From NCBI RefSeq assembly GCF_006345805.1, contig NC_043026.1:2356001-2420000 (forward strand): a stretch of DNA of 64,000 bases, in the 5' to 3' direction. This DNA comes from Octopus sinensis. Taxonomy: Eukaryota. Each line of letters opens with the position of its first letter. Within the stretch, counting starts at the first letter, position 1. The notes under the pieces are model-generated. The model worked only from the letters and a program-made list of their open reading frames with translations. It was not told the origin of the DNA and made no database searches. Shown one piece after another: positions 12,810 to 23,039 of the stretch. A program made the position numbers and the translations under genes.

Positions 12810-14650
12810 ATTTCTAAATTTACCAAATTATAACATAGATTATTCCTTCAAATACAATATTTAAATGTAATTTATAAAAATATATCAAAACTATAATTTT
12901 TTTTAATTTAATAGGATGTTTAACTTTTATAATGTCAGAATACAATTTATAAAGTTGAAATATTAGAATTATTTTTATAAAAATTATATTTGAAACGTAA
13001 CAAATATATTTGTTTAAAATCAATTAAAATTATGGCTTCTGTTGATGTTTAACTGAAAGTCAATTCTTATCTAATCACCCTATGGTCAGACTTTCTAGCC
13101 CCACCCATAAGTTGTTATTATCTAAAATTGTTTCTAGGGGTATTTTTGGGGGACTTTGTTGTTGGTTTGTAATAGAGTTTATAATAAATGCAGACAATAT
13201 GAAATAATTCTCAGAAGCCATCCATCTGATAAATAATATTGAAGATGGTGAGAAAACATATTTAATGCATTGCACATTAAAATGTGGATGTAGGATAAAG
13301 ATGTGCTGAGAGAGAAAATATATGTTGTCACCAAATTGTTTAATATTTAAACAATTCTTCTTGTTTGCTTCAAGATATAAAATAGAAATGAAATCACCAG
13401 AACAATTCCATTTATATACAAAGTTTAATATTAAAATCAAAAAATCAATTTCAAAAAATTTCATTGATTGAAAAGAGAAAAAGATCAATTAGTAGAGTCG
13501 TTAGAACATATAGACTTAATACCTAGTGGTATTTATTCTCTATGTCTACTGAGTTCAAATCCTGCCGAGATTAATTTTGATTTTTATTATGCTAGTGTTA
13601 ATAATTAAAATGCCAATCTGAGGTGGTGGTCTGATGGAATTATATATTTGACAATATTCCTTGTAGTATTTAACCCCTTCGCTACTGTATTTATTTTGAG
13701 ATGATCTGTGTTTCTTTTAATTACTTTGGATATAACAAAGAATTTAGTAAAATAACTTCGTTATTATGAAGTTAGAGTTAGGAACATAAATTGTGACTAA
13801 GTTTTGGTGGAAGATTTTAATTTAAAACTTATGAAAATAAGACATTTATACTCAGAGCCAGTTTCAGCTGGGTTGTTAATGAAAGGGTTTATGTGGTTCT
13901 TAGTGATCTGGGTTCAAATCCTTTTGTTGCCACCCTGGGTTTCAGACTTAATCTATAACCTTTTTCAACACCATCACCTGGCCCTTTTAGCAGAGGATTT
14001 CTCTGATGTATATTAGGTCTCTTGTTTTGAGAATGTCTTTCTTCCATTCCCTACTCTTGAAGACCCTGGAAATATAAAGGGCCACCGGCAAGGCCCTTCT
14101 CCCTTGACTAAACTTTGAAAAACATTAAATTTACTAAAAACAATTTCACAGCCATGAAATTGATTTACAAATTTTAAATTTCACTTGAGAATTAGAAATC
14201 TACAGGAAACAACTTAAAATGCTGTATCCTTAGATGAACATTTCCATTTCCTTAATTTCCATCAAATAGTTTTGACTTTGTCATAACCAAACTATCCTTT
14301 ATATTATATTCTGGAAATGAAATGTTTTGCTTATAATGTAACTCTGTGAAATGTTTGAACAGTTCCTAGTATGAAAAATACTGCCTGAAAATAAAACAAT
14401 TTTCAACATAACAGCATAATTATGTTTGAAATAGTTGTAAGGAATATTTCACACTGTAAATGTGTTAATGAAGTTGTTAATGAAGATAATTATCACAAAA
14501 GTACTTACTTGAGTCAATAATTGCGTTTGAATTTCAGCCTGAAGGCTTTCTGTCTGTGAGTTCAGTTGAAAGAACGGGCAAAAATGTGATGATCCCTACT
14601 GATGAGGCTTATTTATAAAAGCAGGAAGAAGTGGGCGTTGCTGCCTCGTG
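12810..14650. repeat. Local segmental duplication, copy 2
   Basis: Direct repeat of 8530-10130 about 4.3-4.5 kb downstream, with small indels. Confidence 0.9.
14503..14617 (-). promoter_or_regulatory. Candidate TATA promoter and non-coding first exon
   Basis: TATAAATA at 14617-14610, Inr-like TCACATT about 30 nt downstream, donor CAA|GTAAGT at 14509/14508. The paralogous donor CTG|GTAAAT at 9975/9974 is in the same aligned position. Confidence 0.35.
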
Positions 14651-14837
14651 TGTGTGTGTGTGTGTAGTGTGAAATTTGCACACAAGCTGTTATCTATTTG
14701 ATCACGTAGACAAATGATAAAGCCTAGACATGTCCTACATGTGTGTCTCTATATTATGTCTATATATATATATATATACTCGTATATATGGATGTGTGTG
14801 TGCTAGGTTCCCACTACAGGGAAAAAGAGAAATACTT

Positions 14838-14876
<39 letters not shown>

Positions 14877-15073
14877 AAATGTATATACAATTATTTCTGT
14901 GTGCATAGAGAGATGCGTATTTACATATATATATAAATATAATACATACACATATATATATAATATATTTAGTGTGTGTGTGTGTATTGTATCTGCCTCC
15001 AGTCTAGTGATTAAGCAACTGCTATAATTAACAGTATTACTAATTACGACATACAATCAAATACACTGAGAAA

Positions 15074-15124
<51 letters not shown>

Positions 15125-15461
15125 CACACAAAACTATATATGCAGAATTGCGTGTGTGTGTGTGTGCATACTTACATATGCATAGATAGTCACACACACA
15201 CACACACACACACATGTACTGAAGAGCCTTGTGGTTTGCTAGAAGCCTTGTCATTGGAGACTGACAGCTTCTTACGATGTAGAAAGGCAAAAGTCATCTT
15301 TTTATATTTCGGGAAATATGTAAATGTTACTTAACTGACCCTTTCCACATTGGAAGGGGCTCTCCATCTTCATCATTTTATTAGTTTCATATGTGTGCGT
15401 GTGTTTTTTCAGCTTCATTTATATATCATCACTGTACATATTTGTTTTGTATATATATTTG

Positions 15462-15496
<35 letters not shown>

Positions 15497-15497
15497 G

Positions 15498-15530
<33 letters not shown>

Positions 15531-15625
15531 TATATATATATATAATACATATATATATAAATATTATATAAATATATATATAATACATATATATATATAT
15601 ATATATAATATATATATAATATATA

Positions 15626-16329
15626 TATCCGTAAATATAAGAGAGTTAACGTTAAATAGGTTAACTCTAGTGCTAGAAATAGCTCCTCCGGTATAATCGC
15701 CGACGATACCTCTCATTAACTCTCTTATATTTACAGAGAAATATGTATAGTCTCCCTGGTTAATTGTGCTAGGTCGCTTGGTGTTAAAATAAGGGTATTA
15801 TTAAATTAATATCTAATTTTTCACCCTCATTTTTGAATTTATGAATTTGATACGCTGCAGTAAATATTACATGCGGTATTCGCTTCCACTAAGTCTTGGC
15901 ATTTGCTTTTGGCGGGAAACTTATAACTACAACCCTGAATGTAATCGATCAGACCGCATGGGTAATCGTCGCCCGTGTAGGTCTGATAGATTGCATTGAT
16001 GACAAATGTTGCTGATGATTTATAGATATATATGTGAGTATAATTTGCCTATTATATTGATAAAGAAACAATTGTACAACATTAATCCACTTTCTAGTTG
16101 TATTTCACTTTCCTTACGTTGGGGGTAGTGCTATTTCTATGTGGAGGTATCGTCGGCGATTATACCGGAGGAGCTATTTCTAGCACTAGAGTTAACCTAT
16201 TTAACGTTAACTCTCTTATATTTACGGATAAATATGTATTGTCTCCCTGGTTAATTGTGCTCGGTCGCTTGGTGTTAAAATAAGGGTATTATTAAATTAA
16301 TACCTAATTTTTCACCCTCATTTTTGAAT
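15626..16329 (+). mobile_element. PLE-type terminal repeat unit with partial tandem and inverted copies
   Basis: Perfect 87-bp inverted repeat (15626-15712 vs 16144-16230), 123-bp direct repeat (15716-15838 vs 16207-16329), and a hammerhead in the middle. Confidence 0.6.
16005..16083 (+). ncRNA. Type I hammerhead ribozyme motif with intact core
   Basis: AATGTTG-CTGATGA-TTTAT...ATAAA-GAAAC-AATT-GTA^CAACATT. Stem I is 7 perfect bp, stem II is closed by TTTAT/ATAAA, helix III is the palindrome ACAATTGT, and the GUA cleavage site is after 16076. Confidence 0.75.
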
Positions 16330-16339
16330 GTATATATAT

Positions 16340-16552
16340 ATATCGCCATGTTGATTCGCTAGCTTCTGCACGCATTTTTTTTCTCTCCTTGTTTCTCTCC
16401 GTGTTTCTTTTCTGTGTATCTTTCTGTTGAAGAGCGTAGGCTCGAAACGTAAAAGACTTGTCTTATTTATATTCCTGAGCGCCATACTAATACAATTGTT
16501 TGTTTGTATTCCACCTGCCTTCGTCTTTTGTTTATTTTCATAAAGCTTCCCG

Positions 16553-16555
<3 letters not shown>
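16340..16555 (+). mobile_element. Solo PLE terminal repeat (same family as 26400-26615)
   Basis: About 215 bp nearly identical to 26403-26615, flanked by (TA)n. Confidence 0.75.
16419..16456 (+). ncRNA. Minimal hammerhead-like motif in a solo PLE terminal repeat
   Basis: TCTTT-CTGTTGA-A-GAGC-GTAG-GCTC-GAA-ACGT-A^AAAGA: 5-bp stem I, 4-bp stem II, palindromic ACGT helix III. The core has A6->U relative to CUGANGA. Confidence 0.5.
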
Positions 16556-16592
<37 letters not shown>

Positions 16593-16599
16593 TTGTGTA

Positions 16600-17090
16600 T
16601 GTGTATTTTGTTTCATATTTATATTTGCATTTGTATATTTTTATAATTGTACTTTATAATCTTTGACAAGGTCTTGAGATATATAACTCATTTTTAACTG
16701 CATATTACCTTAATACATCTGACTAATATAGGCTCAATGAGATACCTTTATCTATAGGCTGAAACAACTGTAAGATCCATTTTATATGTAATATTTTTAT
16801 AGTATTATCTTACTTATTGATGTATATTGTTTTATTCTGTTGGATTTGGATGTTCCTATTTAATTAGTTAATAAATAATATGAATTGGTAATATCTGTTA
16901 GTCGATGATTGAAGGGAATCTATTCCTCCATTTTCTTATTTGTATTATGAATTTGAGGTAAAATATTTTACCTTCGCCCATCTAATACAATAAATGAATT
17001 AATTGCATTGCAATTATAAGCATTTATGTATTTGGCATTTGGGTACTTCACCAGCAGTATATTGGATAACTGATATCCCATAGTGGGTTA
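16600..17090 (+). mobile_element. Decayed PLE-like terminal region with degenerate hammerhead (16659-16776)
   Basis: ATCT-TTGACAA-GGTCT...AGGCT-GAAAC-AACT-GTA-AGAT. Shares ctccattttct.a.tttgta with the minus strand of about 52560-52580. Confidence 0.4.
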
Positions 17091-17126
17091 CACTCATAAC
17101 CCCTATCTCACTTTGTACTTTTATGC

Positions 17127-17157
<31 letters not shown>

Positions 17158-17280
17158 ATATATATATATATATGATATATATGTATACATATATATATAT
17201 AATAAATATCTATATATATATATAATACACACGCACACACACACACATATATATGTATATATATATGCACATTCATATGT

Positions 17281-17890
17281 ATTATATCAAAGTCAATGTC
17301 TTTATGTGTGTCTGTGTGTTACTTATATATTCGAAAATTGCTGCACCGATCCTAATGAGATTTGGAACACAAAATCCAAGCCTAGGGAGAATGTGTTTTA
17401 TATAATTTGATGGACCAAAATTACTGAATGGATCCTTATGATATTTGAAACTTAGATTCAATGTATAAGGGTGAGTATAATGCAGTATGTTTGGTTTTAA
17501 TTTGAGATGACTTAAAGTGGGCAGAACCCCCATGAAAATTCATAAAATTTCAATGTTGGTGAAATTTCAACCATGGGTAATTGACACATATCAACAAGTA
17601 TTCTCAAAGTTTCCACTTCTCATGAGGATTCTAAGACCCCCTAATGGGGGCCTTAACTCCCAAATTTTAGTCATTTCTTTTATGATCCAAAACTAGGTCA
17701 AAAGTACTGAATGGATCTTTATGAAATTTGGAAATTATATTTTATGTATAAGGGCCATAATCCCCACGAAAATTCATATATTTTGGCTGTTGATGAAATT
17801 AGACACAAATGAAGTAATATTTATAAAATTTCACCTTCTTACAAGTTAGAAAGACCTCTTCATGGGCACTTAACACCCACAACTCAGTCG
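17281..17890 (+). mobile_element. Decayed Helitron/Helentron-like non-autonomous element
   Basis: atatcaaagtcaatgtc...(GT)n...gctgcaccgatcctaatgagatttggaacac start, followed by repeated gaaatttgg/cccc/gaaaattcat modules. Confidence 0.45.
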
Positions 17891-18957
17891 TTTTATCTAT
17901 GCAAAGATGACTGCAGTTGTACTCTTGGAAGCTGTAGGGTCACCCGAGCATAAAAGACGAGCATTATTTGTAATTCAATGGTACAACAGTGTAACACTTT
18001 GCTTTGACATACACTTAGATTATGATTTCTGCAATGTGGTGCATAAATTGTCAAGTAAATGAAAGATATCTTTGCCTCCACTGATTCACTTTGCAAAGTG
18101 TTGAGTAAAGTTATTTGGTTGGAGACCTTCTTTCAGTCTTTTTATTATCACTGGGTCACACATAGTCCCAAGATTGTAATATTGATTTCAAGGCCTTCCC
18201 AGGTGAGTGACTGGTTATTGAAAGACATTTATAGATTGTAAATTTATTCTGTCCAGTTACGTATCAGTATAGTGGTCATTTGCAAACTCCAGAGGTGACA
18301 CTTTCATGTCTCCTTAGCCCTCACCTCACACAGTTGTTAATGTTTATTTCAGTTGGGTCACGCCCTTCCAATTGCTAGAGATTCGTAATGCATCTTACGG
18401 TTGTGCCTGTCACCTGGATGGTGAGGAATCCTACATTTGGAGTGGTAACGACTAGGGTAGGGTAGCTGACTGCTTATTGTGATCATTCGTCTTTTGATTT
18501 CCTGTAGCTTTGCTCTCTTTTACAAACCCACTGAACATATATTTCCTATTTCAAAGAAATTCAAACAATAGATATAGGACCCAAGCTAAAAAGATTCTCA
18601 ACAATTCAACTTCTCTGGTTGACATTAAGACACCCATCCCTAATAGGGGCCTTAACTCTCACATTTTAGAGCTCCATGACCTCCATTTCTCAGGAGCAAA
18701 ATTCTTTTAACGGTTTCTATAAGACTGGAATTTTGGAATCTGCACATAAAAATAAGTAGAATGGGATACATGTAGCACGATTACAATTCCTTTTTACTGT
18801 GTGTAAAGAAGGAAATAACCCTCATCTGCAATTTTGATGAAATTCGAAACACAGATATTCCGGTTCATTACAGAAAATCTAACAGAGAAGTTTAATTCTT
18901 CAATTGAATGTAACACAGGCAACAGCGGGTATCTCTGCTTGTATTCAGATGTTATTT

Positions 18958-19218
18958 CTATGTCTCTGCATCATCTCTGGACACAAACTTTTTATATTTC
19001 CGAAATCGACACATTCTGATGAGTGCAAAAATATTAAATTTGATAGAATCCAAAAGTTGACCATCCAATGTGAATATCTTAATGTTTCCTTTCCTCTCGT
19101 CCCATCTTGCAATCAGATTATTTTCAGTAAGAACCAAAGATTCAATCCTCGCTGGTCCTTTGTCTCCCAAATGTTTAGGGAGAGGAATATGTCTGGCTTT
19201 ATCAGAAACTGTCGGGTC
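18958..19218 (-). pseudogene. Possible NHL/beta-propeller (TRIM-like) exon remnant
   Basis: Pyrimidine-rich acceptor cttccactttatatctacag| then DPTVSDKARHIPLPKHLGDKGPARIESLVLTENNLIARWDERKGNIKIFTLDGQLLDSIK, resembling a first NHL blade. The frame closes early. The match is by eye only. Confidence 0.3.
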
Positions 19219-19399
19219 CTGTAGATATAAAGTGGAAGACAACATTTCACTGAGAGAAATGTGTCTGGAAAATACATCCACCAGGTCGATGTAATAATTA
19301 AGTTGATTATTAGTAACGAGATCATTAACCAATAAACTCATTTCACAGCTCTCCTCATCCATATGTCACATATGACCATACCATTTCATTATAACCAAA

Positions 19400-20520
19400 G
19401 CATTCTGTTGGGGATTAATGGAGAGGAGGTATGACGATGATCCTGGGGCAAACCTGGGCGTACACGAGGAATACCTGACCTGCCTGTTCAAGATGACTTT
19501 CAGGCCGGGACCTATGTTCAACTTCCAGAGATACCTGGCCTGGCAGTGCTATCGAGAAGCACTACCCATTCGAGATAGGCTCTACAGTCATGGCTCAAGA
19601 AACACGAGGTCGAGATGCGGACAGAGCGACGAAACCTTTCTCCATGCACTCGTACAGTGTCCAACCATTTCCGACCTGTGGGCCTATGTCGAACGACTGC
19701 TATCGCGTGTGGGACAAGTCGGATTATCAGCCGAGTCTATCATCAATATTCTATTCTACTCTAGGTACAATGTCCGAAATTTTGGAGGAGGGAGCCAGTT
19801 GATTACATTGACCCCAGTACGCAATAGGTACTTAATTTATTGACCCCGAAAGGATGAACGGCAACGTTGACCTTGGTAGAATTTGAACACAGAACATAAA
19901 GACAGATGAAATACTGCTAAGCATTTTGCCCGGTGTGCTAACGTTTCTGCCAGCTAGCCGCCTTAGAGTCTATTGTCGCGCCTCCTTCCTTCAAACGGGA
20001 AGAAAAGCCATTTTCATTTTACTTGTGGCTATGGCAAAAGAATGTATATGGTTGAGGCGTCTGAAAGGTCTAGAGACAAACACTTTCCTCTCTGGTCAAT
20101 CTCTCATCAACCTCTTCAAGTATCACTTGAAGAGGAAGGTGAGCGTAGAGAGGGACGTTTTGTCTAGTGAATTCTTCAAACAAAGATGGGTAAATGTAGC
20201 AAGGATGGCACGTGTGAATGACGGAGCCACGTTGAGCATAATCCTACGAACAAGAAAAACAAAGGAGTAAAAGGGAGTCACTTACTGTAATGCGTTTTTG
20301 TTTTTGAATGACATTGCCCAGGGTTACCATGGTCTTTTCTGTAAGCTTTTCTTTCCACAGATAAAATTATTCTGTTTTCCTTTTTACATTTATGACATTT
20401 CTGTGATACCCGATCGCTATTGATTTGAATCTTATCTCCCCCCCATCTTCCCCAAGAAGAAAAGCTCTGCATTGTATTTTGTCTCCTCTGTGTTCAGCCC
20501 TGTGTGGCTAATTAAGAAAC
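19400..20520 (+). mobile_element. L1/Tx1-clade LINE 3' fragment interrupted by a SINE
   Basis: YLAWQCYREALPIRDRL...RCGQSDETFLHALVQCP...LSAESI | SINE 19770-19965 | IFILLVAMAKECIW...KYHLKRKVSVER...RWVNVARM (zf-RVT and CCHC region). Confidence 0.8.
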
Positions 20521-21526
20521 ATGTCTATATGTCTGTCTGTTTGTTTATTACCTGCTTTTTGGCTTAGAAGTTGGCATCCCAGTCATATGTACGCCTGTAT
20601 GTATGCATGTCTCAGAATATGACGTCAAGAAATGCAGCATTCCTGTGCACCAGTTTCGTATGGTGTGCATACAATGATTATAATTTAACTGTTATCAAAT
20701 TTCTGGCTGCTTATTCAAAATGATGAAATGAAGAACAACTTTCAAAAGAAACATATTCATTGCTTTAAAATAAATTCAATGAAACAATATTGAAAATGAA
20801 AAAAAACAGGAAAGAATTTAAATTAAAATCACTCTCCATGGAGATGGAATATTCTGAAAGTTCAGACACTGTCACTCCTTTTCTCTTTCACACACACACA
20901 CACATGGTGCTGGCATGGCTGTAATGTAAAGCATTTCCTTACCAACCATCACCACCACCACCATCACCACCACAATTATCAACAAGCTGGCAATTTGAGG
21001 CCTACTTGTTAACCTCAATTAGTAATTCACAGGAAAATGAGTCAATACAATTCTGGGAAACGCAGCTCATATCGTTGTCCTAGATTTAAAATGCAATTCT
21101 TGGAAGTAAACGACAACCCGAATGAAATTCATGATTGTAGCTTGACGTGCACCAAACAGCATTTAAATCACCCTCAAATCAAACAATATTCCTTATGTAT
21201 AATTAATATATACATATGTATAAACCAACAAGGGAATGCTCTACATAGTAGCTAGACGTCCCTCATCTCAAGTTATAAACTCTTATGTATGTATATATTT
21301 CTTTACTACCCACAAAGGGCTAAACACAGAGGGACAAACAAGGACAGACAAAGGGATTAAGTCGATTACATCGACCCGAGTGCGTAACTGGTACTTAATT
21401 TATTGACCCCGAAAGGATGAAAGGCAAAGTTGACCTCGGCGGAATTTGAACTCAGAACGTAATGGCAGACGAAATACCGCTAAGCATTTTGTCCGGCGTG
21501 ATAACGATTCCGCAAGTTTACCAACT

Positions 21527-21574
<48 letters not shown>

Positions 21575-21584
21575 CAGTAACAAC

Positions 21585-22250
21585 AACCTTTTTTTATTGG
21601 TCGCAGGGGTCGAACACAAGACAAAAATGGAATACAAAACAAGGGGCAAGTGGGGGTTTAGCAAAATCACGGGTGTACAAAATTTAAACAATAGAATTCC
21701 CCCAAAGAGGGAGTTCCATCCAGAGACACTCAAGGAACTCCATGCATCGTAGGCACCTCAATCACCAAGGGCAACCCAGACAGGAAGCTTTCTTTTCCTC
21801 ATCCCTTCCGACCGACCTGCGGGTGCATGTTCAGAGTAAGCCCATTCGCACGGGACATCCTCACCACATTCACCCGCCTTTCAACAAAAATTCTGAGGGT
21901 CAGTATTTCCCTCTCCACCCTCACTCTCATTTTCAAGTAGAACTCGGTCAAAAGAAGGCAGCCAACGATCCCCACGATGGACTCGGCCGATAACTAGATC
22001 TGTACGACAAACCTGTTCAGACAAAGCCGCTGTTCGCAGCAATCCCAACAGAGAAGGAGTGTATGCAGAATGGTTTCATCGCTCTTTGCTCGTCTGAGAC
22101 AGGTCCGTTTGACAGCCCTTCCGTACCTGTAGAGCTTGCTTCGAACTGGCAGAGCCTTCCGGTAGCCCTGCCAAACCAGGTATTTCTGGAAATTAGCCAT
22201 AGCCCCCAGCCCGAAAGTCACCCGGAAAAGACCAGTCAATTGACCCTTCT
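21585..22250 (-). mobile_element. Second L1/Tx1-clade LINE 3' fragment
   Basis: FQKYLVWQGYRKALPVRSKL...SDETILHTLLLC...LSAESIVGIV...YLKMRVRVERE...RVNVVRM, homologous to 19400-20270. Confidence 0.75.
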
Positions 22251-22409
22251 TTCCTGCACCTAATCCCTATAAAACTTCCCCTAACCGCACTGCCCTGCTG
22301 GTAAAATGATAAAAATGCCAGAGAGAAGCAACCATAAATATTTACAAACCGCAAAATTACGAAATGTGTAAAATGAAAAGAATAACTCAATGGCGGTTGT
22401 GTGTGTGAA

Positions 22410-22720
22410 GGCGCGTGGCTCAGTGGTTAGGGTATCCGTTTCGCTATCGTAGGGTCGCGATTTAGATTCTCAGAGACGCGTTGTGTCCTTGAGCAAGACA
22501 CTTTATTTCATAGTGCTCCCACATCCACCCAACTGGCAAAAAATGAGTAGCACCTGTATTTCAAGGGGCCATCCATGTCACGCTGCATCTTCCCGAAAAC
22601 TACATTAAGGGTACACGTGTTTGTGGAATGCTCAGCCACTTGCACATTAATTTCACGAGCAGGCTGTTCCGTTGATCCGATCAATTGGAATCTTCGTCGT
22701 TGTAACCGACGGAGTGCCAC
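22410..22720 (+). mobile_element. tRNA-derived SINE family C
   Basis: ggcgcgtggctcagtggttagggt (A box) followed by ttgtgtccttgagcaagacactt. Related copies at 39601-39830(+), 51290-51630(-), 55325-55580(+) and 59900-60180(+). Confidence 0.8.
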
Positions 22721-22778
<58 letters not shown>

Positions 22779-22917
22779 ATATATATATAATGTTTATTAT
22801 TTAGATTTTAGAATTATATTTATAATTTATTAGTTATATATGATTTATAATTAATTATAGATAATATCTTCCAAAATTAATTGAATTGCTTGATAGAGGT
22901 TCTGTCTCTAAATTCTC

Positions 22918-22950
<33 letters not shown>

Positions 22951-22962
22951 TCTCTCTCTCTG

Positions 22963-23011
<49 letters not shown>

Positions 23012-23039
23012 TATATATATATTATATATATCTCTTCTC

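Noticed and set aside
18958-19362. 134-aa ORF treated as a single gene
   Set aside because: The N-terminus derives from an RTE fragment and intron-like sequence. At most 18958-19218 is a candidate exon remnant.
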